Assembly (NCBI RefSeq): GCF_009914755.1
Contig: NC_060927.1
Direction: 5' to 3' (one strand)
DNA from: the human T2T-CHM13v2.0 reference genome, Homo sapiens
Length of the DNA stretch: 64,000 nucleotides
Within the stretch, counting starts at the first letter, position 1, and each line of letters begins with the position of its first letter. The notes below the pieces were generated by a model, which did no database searches, was not told the origin of the DNA, and saw nothing but the letters and a program-made list of their open reading frames with translations. Shown here piece after piece: positions 43,975-57,435 of this stretch. A program made the position numbers and the translations under genes.

Positions 43975-44640
43975 ATCTTCAATTAATCAATAAGCATTTA
44001 TCTAACATTATGTGCCCAGCAATGTTCTAGATGTGCATACAGAAGAAAAGATAATTTGCCATCTCAAAGCGTTTGCTAATACAGCACTTAGAGAACAATG
44101 TGAGACAGTATGTGATTGAATGGGAGAGATCCTCGTGGTTAGGAACAATCAGAAATGATATCAAGAAAACAATGGAATTTGAGCTCAGTCTTGAGGGATG
44201 TACAAGATTATAACAGGGAGGGAGGAGAATGGAAGACAGGTCGCTCTTCCACAACAGTGCTCATCCAATATACCTCCATCCCCAAACCCACTGGCACATT
44301 TGCCCTCCCCAAACACAACATGGACGCTCACACTTAATCTTTTGTTCACATTCTTCCCTCTGCTGACTTTCTTATGTAATGAAACCCACTAAACTTCACA
44401 ATCTAGCTCAAAAATTTCTTGGTATCTTTCGCTTTCCAGATCAAATGTAATCATTTTTCTCTCTAAATTTATAAAATATATTTATTCATCAACTGCAGCA
44501 CTTTTTACATTATTACCAGTAACTAACATCATTGTGTTTTCTACTTAACTGTGGGTTCCTTTAACCATATTTTAGAGTCCTTGATTCCAACACCTAGCAC
44601 ATAGCCTGGTATTTGGTAGGGGCTTAGGAATATCAATTAA
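43975..44640. mobile_element. L2 fragments (minus then plus)
   Basis: caataagcatttat...tatgtgcccagcaatgttctag (minus); cacctagcacatagcctggtatttggtaggggctta (plus). Confidence 0.65.
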
Positions 44641-44759
44641 ATCACAAAATAACTGTCTGACTAACTACCTGGACACCAAGGTATGAGAAAATATGGCCAA
44701 TGTGGGATATTCTAGGTAGGGAGTCCAGCTGGATTCAACATATATTTGTTATTAATTAA

Positions 44760-44990
44760 AAATTTTCCTTCCAAAACAACAAACACTTAACTCGCCAATT
44801 CTATGAGTTAGAAATTTAGACATGGCTCAGTTTGGTCCTGAGGCTCAGGGTCTCTCACAAAGTTGCAGATCGTGGGCCAGGTCTGCGGTCATTTCCAGGC
44901 TTGACTGGAGGAGGTCCGCTTCCAGGCTTATTCGTGTGGTGTTGGCAGAGGCTGCCCGCCACAGAGGGCTTTACATCAGCTCAGGAACAG
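44760..44990 (-). mobile_element. MLT1 (MaLR) LTR fragment
   Basis: aaaacaacaaacactt, ggctcagggtctctcacaaagttgcag and aggcttgactggaggaggtccgcttccaggct. Confidence 0.72.
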
Positions 44991-45310
44991 CTGAAGATGC
45001 TTCCGGAGAGAAAGGTGGGTGCTAGATCATGAAGGCCACACTTGTATACCATGCTAAAGAATCTGGAATTTATGCAAATGACCATTGAACCTTCAAAGTT
45101 ATTATTACATGATAATTAATACATTAGAAACATTATTCTGAATGTTTAAAATGTTTCAGATAAATCCACTGGATTTGACTATGGTGATACCAGAAGCAGG
45201 AAAGCTACTTAAAAGGCAAACATACCAAGGGTTAGGTCCAGCTTAGTAGTTTTCATTTTTACAGTTAGTAAATAGTTTTTATTTTGCTTACGTTTTTTAA
45301 GATTATTTTA

Positions 45311-45657
<347 letters not shown>

Positions 45658-45856
45658 TTAGTCAATGGTTATAGCTTGCATGTGTAACAAGGGTACATTT
45701 GGAAAGAGATTTAAAAACAAGAAAGATATGTCAAGGAAAGATTGTGAAACTGTCATGGACTAAGAGACATGGTGCTGCATGGCATCGTATGGTCCTGGAA
45801 CAAGCTAAAAGACATCCGTGGAAAAACCGGAAATCTAGAGTTTAGTTAATAATATA

Positions 45857-46176
<320 letters not shown>

Positions 46177-48311
46177 CTAGAGTTTAGTTTATAGTATAGT
46201 ACCAGTGATAATTTTTTAATTTTAATAAGTGTACCTTGGGAAGATACATTTTTTAAATCACAGGAAGCTGGGTAAAGCTATACACCTATACTATCTTTGC
46301 AACTCTTCTGCAAATCTAAATTTATTTCAAAATAAAATGCTTAAAAAATAAAGAAGAAAAACAGGAGGGAAATAACATATAACACTTAGATATGTAGCTG
46401 ACAATTCCAGAACAAACTTGGATGTGACTGCTGTTAGAAATCACTGGTCTTGTTGTATTGAGAAAAACAACTTAAAATCAAGCTCAGTGGGTGGTAGATG
46501 GTGGAAATGCTGCCAGACTTCAGGCTCTGTATCTCCGTGAGGAAACAGCTCACCATATTCTCAGGAGTTATTCATGCTGATAAAAATAAATCAGGAAAAG
46601 GCCCTTTGGGAAAAATCTGCAATTCTGTATTAATCTGGTAGAATTTTTATGACTTTTGTCCAAAAATCCATAGTTCATATTTAAAGGGAAAGTAGAGCTC
46701 CATTATATGATGAGCTAAGTGTACACCCCGGAGCACAAAGAGAGAATTCGTGTTTTTCTCCTGAAATGCAGAAACAGGTAGCAAGAGAAATTTATGTTCC
46801 TTTGAGTATAAAGGAAGGACCCTTTGCAGACCTTTTTTTTGTTTGTTTTTTCTTTCCAAATTGTATGGTTTGATCCATATGTCCAAATATAACTGTTCCA
46901 GGGATCATGGCGGACGGGAGGCAGGATTAGATTGCAGCTCCAGACAGAGCAGCATGTGGAGGCTCACACTGTGAATTTTAGCTCCAGATTGACTGCAGGA
47001 ACAAACCAGCAATCCCGAGAGAAACCACAGACCTTCTGAAGGATGTGGACTGCTCCTGCAGAACCCGGGAAATACCCAAATACTGTGAGTCCCCCAACTG
47101 TGGAAGTGGGAAAGGGAGACCCTCCTCTCCCTAATACACACATCCACTGGAGAAACTGAAGGTCTGTTTGCGGGAGAAGTTTCCGACTTGACTTGGAGCT
47201 GAATCAAGTTAGAGAGCCGAGTGAAATACAGGGGTAGAGGAAGCCCCAGAAAGGCCCTGGGAGCTCAGTGGGTCCCCAAGCAGCCCATTCCTGCCTGGCA
47301 CCCCAGGGATCAATCCATCGGGAGGGTGGCCAGAGGAGCAGGGGGTAAAACTCCACAGAGAGAAGGAATTCCCTAGCTGAACTTTGTAACAATTTGAACA
47401 GGTGAGAAGTCTCCTGGCCAGAACTCGGGGGAGGGAGCAAATCTTGTGTGCAGACTTCACAGGTGGGGGAAGAACTAAAGCCCTTTTCTTCTGCAGCTGG
47501 GAAGCGGATAGCCTCAGGCAAGTTTTCAAGCCTGTCTAGCCCTCCACCTGGAAACAGACTGTTGCTGGGGGCACAGTGGGAGTGAGACAGGCCCTTCGGT
47601 TTGCACAGGAGCTGGGTAAAGCCTGTGACTGCCAGCTTTCCTCTACTTCCCTGACAGCTTGAGTGACTCAGCAGAGATAGCCATAATCCTACTAGGTACA
47701 CAACTCCAGTGACCTGGGACTTTCATCCCCAACCCCCACAGCAGCCGAAGCAAGACCCACCCAGGGAAAGTCTGAGCTCAGACATGCCTAGCCCCGCCCC
47801 AACCTGATGGTCCTTCCCTACCCACCCTGGTAGCAGAAGACAAAGGGCATATAATCTTGGGAGTTCTAGGGCCCCGCCCACCACCCATCCCTCTTCACAC
47901 TACTACAGCTGATGCTTTCTGGAAAGTGCCACCCCTGGCAGGAGGCCAACAAGCACAAAAATAGAGCATTAAACCACCAAAGCTAAGAACTCTCATGGAG
48001 TTCATTGCACCCTCTGCCCCCTCCCCTGGAACAGACACTGGTATCCATGGCTGAGAGACCCACAGATGGTTCACATCATAGGACTCTACGCATACAATCA
48101 CCAGTACCAGCCTGGAGCTGGGTAGTCTCGCTGCATGGCTAGACCCAGAAGAGAGACAACAACCACTGCAGTTTGGCTCACAGGAAGCCACATCCATAAG
48201 AAAAGGGCAAGGGACAAAAGAATCTGAACAACACACTGACACCCTGTGGGACAGAAGAATCTGAACAACAGCCTTCAGCCCTAGACCTTCCCTCTAACAG
48301 AGCCTACCCAA

Positions 48312-49330
48312 ATGAGAAAGAACTAGAAAAACAACCCTGGTAATATGATAAAACAAGGCTCTTCCCACTCCCAAAAAAAATCACACTAGTTCAACAGCAA
48401 TGGATCCAAACCAAGAAGAAATCCCTGATTTACCTGAAAAAAGAATTCAGGAGGCTGTTATTAAGCTAATCAGGGAGCAACCAGAGAAAGGTGAAGCCCA
48501 ATGCAAGGAAATCCAAAAAATGATACAAGAAGTGAAGGAAGAAATATTCAAGGAAATAGATAGCTTAAAGATAAAACAATCAAAAATATAGGAAACTTTG
48601 GACACACTTTTAGAAATGCAAAATGCTCTGGAAAGTCTCAGCAATAGAATTGAACAAGTAGAAGAAAGAAATTCAGAGCTCAAAGACAAGGTCTTTGAAT
48701 TAACCCAATCCAACAAAGACAAAGAAAAAAGAATAAGAACATATGAACAAAGTCTCCAAGAAGTCTGGGATTATGTTAAGCAACCAAACCTAAGAATAAT
48801 CAGTGTTCCTGAGGAAGAAGATAATTCTAAAAGCTAGGAAAACATATTTGGGGAAATAATTGAGGAAAACTTCCCTGGCCTTGCTAAAGACCTAGATATC
48901 CAAATGCAAGAAGCACAAACATCACGTGGGAAATTCATCCTAAAAAGATCTTCACCTCGGCATATTTTCATCAGGTTATCCAAAGTTAAGACAAAGGAAA
49001 GAATCTTAAGAGCTATGAGACAGGAACACCAGGTAACCTACAAAGGAAAGCCTATCAGATTAATAGCAGATTACTCAACAGAAACCCTACAAGCTAGAAG
49101 GGATTAGGGCCCTATCTTCAGCCTCCTCAAACAAAACAATTATCAGCCAAGAATTTTGTATTCCGCAAAACTAAGCATCATGAATATAAAGGAAAGATAC
49201 AGTCATTTGCAGACAAACAAATGCTGAGAGAATTCGCCATTACCAAGCCACCACTACAAGAACTGCTAAAAGGAGCTCTAAATCTTGAAACAAATCCTGG
49301 AAACACATCAAAAAAGAACCTCTTTAAGCA
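48312..49330 (+). pseudogene. L1 ORF1p (RNA-binding chaperone) remnant, frameshifted
   Basis: Fragments MDPNQEEIPDLPEK, QEVWDYVKQPNLRII, PRHIFIRLSKVKTKERILRA...GKPIRLIADYSTETLQARRD and LREFAITKPPLQELLK in different frames. Confidence 0.92.
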
Positions 49331-52300
49331 CAAATCACACGGGACCTATAACACAAAAATAGAAGTTAAAAAGCAAAAGCAAGAAACACACACAAAAGCA
49401 AAGTATACAGGCAACAAAGAGCATGATGAATGCAACAGTACCTCACATTTACAATACTAATGCTGAATGTAAATGACCTAAATGCTCCATTTAAAAGATA
49501 ATACAGAACTGCAGAATGAGTAAGAATTCACCAGCCAACTATATGCTGCCTTCAGAAGGCCACCTAACACATGAGGACTCACATAAACTTAAAGTAAAGG
49601 GGCAGAAAAAGGCATTTCATGCAAATGGACACCAAAAGCAAGCAGGAGTAGCTATTCTTATATCCAACAAAACAAACTTAAAAGCAACAGTGGTTAAAAG
49701 AGACAAAGACATTATATTATGGTAAAAAGGCCTTGTCCAACAGGAAAATATCACAATCCTAAACATATATGCACCGAACACTGGAGCTCCCAAATTTATA
49801 AAACTATTACTAATAGACCTAGAAAATGAGATAGACAGCAACACAATAATAGTGGGGGACTTCAATACTCCACTGACAGCACTAGGCAGGTCATAAAGAC
49901 AGAAAGTCAACAAAGAAACAATGGATTTAAACTATACCTTGGAACAAATGGACTTAACAGATATATACAGAACATTTCATCCAACAACTGCAGAATACAC
50001 ATCTTATTCAACAGCTCACGGAAATTTCTCCAGGATAGATCATATGATAGGCCATAAAACAAGCCTCAATAAATTTAAGAAAATTGAAATTATATCATGC
50101 ACTCTCTGAGACCACAGTGGAATAAAACTGCAAATCAACTCCAAAAGGAACCTTCAAAACCATGCAAATATATGGAAATTAAATAACCTGCTCCTAAATG
50201 AGCCTTGGGTCAAAAATGAAATCAAGATGAAAATTAAAAAGTTCTTTGAACCAAATGAAAATAATGACAAAACCTATCAAAATCTCTGTGATACAGCAAA
50301 GGCGGTGCTAATAGGAAAGTTCATAGCCCCAAACACCCACATCAAAAAGTCTGAAAGAGCACAACTAGACAATCTAAGGTCACACCTCAAGGAACTAGAG
50401 AAACAAGAACAAACCAAACCCAAACCCAGCAGAAGAAAGGAAATAACCAAGATCAGAGCAGAACTAACTGAAATTGAAACAAAGAAACAAACAAAAACTA
50501 CAAAAGATAAATGAAACAAAAAGCTGGTTCTGAAAAGATAAATAAAATTGATAGACCATTAGTAAGATTAACCAAGAAAAGAAGAGAGATAATCCAAATA
50601 ACCTCACTAACAAATGAAATAGAAGATATTACAACTGATACCACTGAAATACAAAAGACCATTCAAGGCTACAATGAACACCTTTATGCACATAAACTAG
50701 AAAACCTAGACGAGACGGATAAATTCCTGGAAAAATACAACCCTCCTAGCTTAAATCAGGAAGAATTAGACACCCCAAATACAGCAATAACAAGCAGTGA
50801 GATTGAAAGGGTAATTTAAAAGTTACCAACCAAAAAATGTCCAGGACCAGAAAGATTCACAGCAGAATTCTATCAGACATTCAAAGAAGAATTGGTACCA
50901 ATCCTTTTGACACTATTCCACAAGACAGAGAAGGAAGGAACCTTCCATAATTCATTCTGTGAAGCCAGCATCACCCTAAACCAAAACCAGGAAAGGACAT
51001 AACCAAAAAAGAAAAGTACAGACCAATATCCTTGATGAATATAGATGCTAAAATCCTTAAGAAAATACTAGCTTACCAAATCCAACAATATATCAAAAAG
51101 ATAATCCACTACCTACAATCAAGTGGGTTTCATACCAGGGATGCAGGAATGGTTTAAGACATGCAAGTCAATAAATGTGATATACCACATAAACAGAATT
51201 GAAAAAAACCCCATATGATCATGTCAATAGATGCAGAAAAAGCATTCGACAAAATCCAGCATCGCTTTATGATTAAAACTCTCAGCAAAATCGGCATACA
51301 AGGGACATACCTTAATGCCATACCTAAAAGCCATCTATGACAAAACCACTGCCAACATAATACTGAACAGGAAAAAGTTGAAAGCATTCCCTCTGAGAAC
51401 TGGAACAAGACAAGAATGCTCACTCTCACCACTCCTCTTCAACATAGTGCTGGAAGTTCTAGTCAGTGCAATCAGACAAGAGAAAGAAATAAAGGACATC
51501 CAAATCAGAAGTTGAACTGTCACTGCGAGCGATATGATGGTTTATCTTGAAAACGCTAAGGACTCCTCCAGAAAGCTCCTAGAATTGATAAAAGAAATCA
51601 GCAAAGTTTCCAGATACAAGATTAATATACACAAATCAGTAGCTCTTCTATATACCAAGTGACCAAGCAGAGAATCAAATCAAGAACTCAACCCCTTTTA
51701 CAATAGCTGCAAAAAAATTAAAATACTTAAGAATATACTTAACCAAGTAGTTGAAAGACCTCTACTAGGAAAACTACAAATCACTTCTGAAAGAAATCAT
51801 AGATGACACAAACAAATGGAAACACACCCCATGCTCATGGATGGGTATAATCAATATTGTGAAATGACCATAGTGCCAAAAGCAATCTACAAATTCAATG
51901 AAATCACTATCAAAATACGACCATCATTCTTCACAGATTAGAAAAAACAATTATAAAATTCATATGGAACCAAAAAAGAGCCTGCATAGCCAAAGCAAGA
52001 CTAAGCAAAATCTAGAGGCATCACACTACCTGATTTTAAACTATACTATAAGGCCATAGTCACTAAAACAGCATGGTATGGGTATAAAAATAGGCACATA
52101 GACCAATGGAACGGAATAGAGACCCAGAAATAAACCCAAATGCTTACAGCCAACTGATTTTTGACAAAGCAAACAAAAACATAAAGTGGGAAGGGACACC
52201 CTTTTCAACAAATGGTGCTGGAATAATTGGCTAGCCACATATAGGAGGATAAAACTGGATCCTCATCTCTCATCTTATTCAAAAATCAACTCAAGATGGA

Positions 52301-52913
52301 TTAAGGGCTTAAACCTAACACCTGAAACTACAAAAATTCTAGAAGTATAGTCTGATTGCAATGACTATACTTCTAGACTTTGGCTTGGGCAAGGATTTCA
52401 TGACCAAGAACCCAAAAGCAAATGCAATAAAAACAGGTAAATAGCTGGGACCTAATGAAACTAAAGCACTTTTGCACAGCAAAGGGAACAGTCAGCAGAG
52501 TAAACAGACAACCCACAGAGTGGGAGAAAGTTTTCACAAGCTATACATCTGACAAAGGACTAATATCCAGAAACTCAAATCAGTAAGAAAAAAACAATTC
52601 CCTCAAAAGTGGGCTAAGGACATGAATAGACAATTCTCAAAAAAAGGTATACAAATGTCCAGTAAACATGAAAAAATGCTCAACATCACTAATGATCAGG
52701 GAAATGCAAATCAAAACCACAATGCAATACCACCTTACTCCTGCAAGAATGGCCATAATCAACAAATAAAAAAACAGTAGATGTTGGCATGGATGCAGTG
52801 ATCAGGGAACACTTCTACACTGCTGGTGGGAATGTAAACTAGTACAGCCACGTGGGAAACAGTGGAGATTCCTCAAAGAACTACAAGTAGAACTACCATT
52901 TGATCCAGCAATC

Positions 52914-53145
52914 CCACTACTGGGTATCTACCCAGAGAAAAAGAATTCATTATTTGAAAAAGATAATTACACACGCATGTTCACAGCAGCACAATTCACA
53001 ATTGCAAAATTGTGCAACCAACCCAAATGCCACTAGTGGGTATCTACCCAGAGAAAAAGAATTCATTATTTGAAAAAGATAATTACACACTCATGTTCAT
53101 AGCAGCACAATTCACAATTGCAAAATTGTGGAACCAACCCAAATG
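52914..53145 (+). repeat. 116-bp tandem duplication (2 copies) inside L1PB
   Basis: ccacta(c/g)tgggtatctacccagagaaaaagaattc...aaccaacccaaatg at 52914 and 53030; about 4 differences. Confidence 0.95.
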
Positions 53146-53184
53146 CCCATCAATCAGTGAGTAGATAAAAAACTGTGATATATA

Positions 53185-53640
53185 TGTGTGAGTGTGTGTG
53201 TGTGTATATATATATTATATATATATAATATATATAATTATATATACATTATATATAATAAACATTATATAATTATATATATATTATATAATGAATATAT
53301 ATAATATATATATTATATAATGAATATATATAATATATATATTATATAATGAATATATATAATATATATATTATATAATGAATATATATAATATATATAT
53401 TATATAATGAATATATATAATATATATATTATATAATGAATATATATAATATATATATTATATAATGAATATATATAATATATATATTATATAATGAATA
53501 TATATAATATATATATTATATAATGAATATATATAATATATATATTATATAATGAATATATATAATATATATATTATATAATGAATATATATAATATATA
53601 TATTATATAATGAATATATATAATATATATATAAAATGAA
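53185..53640. repeat. AT-rich minisatellite, 29-bp unit ATGAATATATATAATATATATATTATATA x ~12
   Basis: atgaa recurs at 53291, 53320, 53349 ... 53610 with exact 29-bp period. Confidence 0.96.
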
Positions 53641-54670
53641 ATACTACGCAGCCATAAAGAGGAACAAATTAACAGCATTTGCAGTGACCTGGATGAGATT
53701 GGACACTATTATTCTAAGTGAAGTAACTCAGCAATGTAAAACCAAACATCTTATGTTCTCACTGATATGTGGGAGCTAAGCTATGAGGACACAAAGGCAT
53801 AAGAATGATACAATGGACTTTGGGGACTTAGGGGAAAGAGTGGGAAGAGAACGAGGGATAGAAGACTACAAAATATGGTGCGGTGTGTACTGCTTGGATG
53901 ATGGGTGCACCAAAATCTCACACATCACCACTAAAGAACTTACTCATGTAACCAAATAACACCTGTACCCCCATAACTTATGGAAAACAATAAAGAAAGT
54001 AGGAAAAAAAGCAAAGAAAATAAAACAAATAAAATTAAAACAAAAACAAAAGCAAATACAATTGTTCTACTCACCTGTCCCCTAAGCAACAGAGTTTTCC
54101 AGAAGAGGTAGTTTCAGCTAGTTATCAGTATATTGGGGTTAATCTGGTACCTAGGGTTAGCTCAGTAAATGTTGTTTTTAATTGACGTGTTTTAGCTGTG
54201 GAATGCTTTACAACAAATTGGGCATTATAGATCCTGAGTAAATAAGCCACAGGAATAAGGCATTATTTTAGATTAAAAGTCAACAACCCTCAATATATCT
54301 ACTTTTAATTTCAGATTTGCAGGCAGATCTTAAAGGTAGCTGTACTTCAATCTCCAGCTTTTTTAACAAAGCTGCTTTCACAGGTGCTACTGTTTCTACC
54401 TCCTTTTTTCCCCTCCAAAGGCTAACTTGAATACCATGAATTACAAGACAAGTAAATGCCTAATCTATACAGAAGAAACCTTAAGAAGCAAGATGTCCAA
54501 ACTTATAGAAAGGCATTTTATTCAATTTTTTTTAAAAAAACGGTGGCAATCAATTGCACATAGGATGCAAATATCAAATAACCAGCAAATTTAACTGACT
54601 GCCTACTTTGCACTTAGTATTACAAAAGTTCAGTAAGGAAAAAAAAAACTATATATTTCCTCAAAATGAC

Positions 54671-55032
54671 TACTATGAACTGAATTGTTCACATGTTGAA
54701 GTCCTACCTTCCGTGCGATGGTATTTGGAGGTCAGCATTTGAGAATTAATTGGGTTAACATGAGGTTGTGAAGGTGGAGCTCTCACAAAGAGATTAGTAC
54801 CCTTATAAGAAGAAACAAAAGAAAGCATGCTTCCACACACTCTCTCTCTACTATGTGAGGACACAGCAAGAAGGCAACTGGCTGTAAACAAGGAAGAGTC
54901 CTTGCTGGGGAACCAAATTGGCCAGCACCTTGATCTGGGACTTCCCAGCCTCCAAATCTGTGAGAAATAAATTTTTGTTGTTTAAACCACCCAGTCTGGT
55001 ATTTTGTTATGACAGCCTGAGCTGACAAATGC
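54671..55032 (+). mobile_element. MLT1A/MLT1A0 solo LTR
   Basis: gatggtatttggagg, gattagtacccttataagaag, tgtgaggacacagcaagaagg and gacttcccagcctccaaatctgtgagaaataaattt. Confidence 0.88.
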
Positions 55033-56079
55033 AGATATCAAGTTTTTAGTGCCTAAAGCTGACTAATAAAATGACGCTCAACAAAAATAGAGCAGGTTAC
55101 TAAGTCCTAAATTGTGAGGTGCAACATGCTTTGAACAAATGAGAAAAATAATGAAAATGGGACTGATCTAGGAACAGGCTTTGGAGAATTTGGGCCTGAA
55201 TCTCATCTTTACAGGGCTTTCCCAGTCCCCTCTCATCTGAACTCACGAATGTCTTCAGCCTGTAGGGTCAGGTCCCTGCCTGTCCCATGTCCATTCTGAC
55301 CGTGCCTATCCTGACCAGCTAGCAGGTCCTATAAGATATTTGTTGCTTTATAGCTAGTTAACTGCCAGAGGGAGGCCCTATTCCTTGATGCCTACTACCA
55401 GGTTGCTGTCTGGCCATATTCTCTTACTGAGTTGGCCAGTCCTCATGGTTGGGCCTTTGCTCTAATTACCCTTCTTGGACTTGGTTTTCTCATTGAAATG
55501 GGAACCTACATGCTGATCTCCCACAGGAGATGGAGAGAAATTTGATGAAGTGGGGCAAAGGGAGATAAGGGGCTTTCTGGAATTATGGACAGGAATGAAG
55601 ACATGCAGTTGAAACTACGTATGGTATTGTTATGGACTAATCTAAACCAAATTTCCACCCCTCACCAGTACAACTACATGAACTAGGCTAGGGAATAATG
55701 GGAAATAAAACCAAGGGGGCCAAATTATGTGGAACTTGGGTTAGACTGTGTCTCCAGTTTATAGTGGCAAGCAAATGAAAGGTAGCAACAATAAAGGAGC
55801 AGATCTAATTTTCACTAATTGTGATATTCCACTAGCATAATTGCTAGCAAGAACTGGTTGCTGGCAGATTGGTAATTCACCACCCAAATAAATTACCATC
55901 CAAATAATTGAGAATTAGCTGTATGCAGCAAAGTATCCAGTGTAGACAGAATTAGTTTATAGGAAAGAAAGTGCTTTCTATTATTTCATTTTATTTTCTA
56001 GTATCTGAATGCTTATGAAACTAGTGAGAAATGAAGAGATAAAGCAATGACAGATGTCATAAACTTCTCTATAGTTTCA

Positions 56080-56245
56080 GAAAGTAGCCTGCAAATTTTA
56101 GCATGCGTCAGAATCATCTGGATATGAAGTTTTTGGGGTCGGGGTGGATAGGGGAAGGCAGACTGAGAATTTACATTTCTAACATGTTCCCAGATGATGT
56201 TGATGCTGCTGGTTCAAGGATCACATTGTGATAAATGCTGGTCTA
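56080..56245. mobile_element. MER5A-like hAT element
   Basis: tttagcatgcgtcagaatcatctgg...tgagaatttacatttctaacatgttcccagatgatgttgatgctgctggt. Confidence 0.8.
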
Positions 56246-57276
56246 AGAAAAGAGCCCTTGATCATTTTTGCCTGAGAAAAATCAGTGCTAAGAGTTATGT
56301 CTAACTGCCTCTTTTTACTCAAGAGAGAGTTTGACAGACCACTGTCTTCCATCCACACCATTAGAAAACCTCTCCCTAAAAATATGAAAAATATTTCTTA
56401 TCATTAAAATGTGATATTTCCCAACAAAGATAAGCTGGGGAGTGAGAAACATGAAACATTCTTTCCATTTGATTATTTTAATACACTAAGTATGTCATAA
56501 GATAAAATAGTAAACATCAAAGAAGAAAGAAAAAAAAAGGAAATTCATTTCATTTCGTTGCCTTGCCTCATATAACCCTGACCTGAATTAGAATTAAGAC
56601 TGAATTTCACATACGATTTAGACCATGAAAGTGGTCAAACCTTGTTTATTTTATGAACAGTAATTTGATAATATCTTTATATAATAGGTAACCCAATTAA
56701 CAGTTCAATAATGCCATCAGAGTAAAAACTATTACATTCATTTAAAATAAAAAAGTATGAGAAACTTTGGGAGGTACTATGTAATCACTCAGCGTATGTG
56801 CTGTCTTCAGACTCTGAAGATTGAAGTGGAATATCTGTTCTGTCATTTAAAGTATTTTCGTAAACTTTAGGGCATAATACTTTTAAAAGCAAAAGATTCC
56901 TATGCTACTTGGAAATGACTGATTGTTCTTTGGCTGTAGCAATAAGTAACTACCTGAACCAGTTACAAACTGGACCTAATCTATTATATCAACACAACTC
57001 ACACCAAAATTTGCCGATTCTGGGACTCCTCGCTTTCCTAAACCCTGTGTAAGTTCAATGCTCTTCTTTTCTCAGAGAGACTATGCTTACAAGTACAGCT
57101 TGCCTTTAATAAGCAATAAATACAGTTTAATGAGCAAAGAACTCAACTTTTTCTTTTAAGTACTTCCTTTGGTACTGCACATAAGGATTATCAATAGTAT
57201 GGGGCTGATTATCTATACTTCCTAATACCCATTTTGGAAAATGTATGATTATGTCACAATGCAGTAGAATCCACAG

Positions 57277-57435
57277 TAGTGGTTCTCAATGATGGGAGAG
57301 GAAGGAATTTTGTTCCCAAAGGACATTTGGCAAACTCTGGAGATATTTTTCGTTGTCACAGCTGAGGAGAAAGGACGATTACTGGCATCTGGTGGTTAGA
57401 GGACATGGATGCTGCCAAACATGCTAGGATGAACA
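57277..57435 (+). mobile_element. MER20, 3'-truncated by L1 insertion
   Basis: tagtggttctcaa...ggacatttggcaaactctggagatatttttcgttgtcacagctg...ggatgctgccaaacat. Confidence 0.85.

Larger units (their letters stand above)
49426..53779 (+). pseudogene. L1 ORF2p (endonuclease/reverse transcriptase) remnant, multiple stops and frameshifts
   Basis: EN fragment DIYRTFHPTTAEY...SRIDHMIGHK and RT fragment [20 protein letters not shown]; interrupted by a duplication and a VNTR. Confidence 0.92.
46899..54052 (+). mobile_element. full-length inactive L1PB-type LINE-1 (L1PB1-like with L1PBa-type 5'UTR)
   Basis: 5'UTR gatcatggcggacgggaggcaggattagattgcagctcc; ORF1 and ORF2 remnants; 3'UTR and A-rich tail; TSD caaata(t/c)aa(c/t)tgttc at 46884-46898 and 54053-54067. 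Confidence 0.95.

Noticed and set aside
47204-47701. 165-aa antisense ORF in the L1 5'UTR (ORF0-like?)
   Set aside because: Non-ATG start; ORF0 is described for younger L1PA 5'UTRs and I see no similarity to it
53291-53640. Regularly spaced repeats as a CRISPR-like array
   Set aside because: No unique spacers, eukaryotic context; a simple minisatellite
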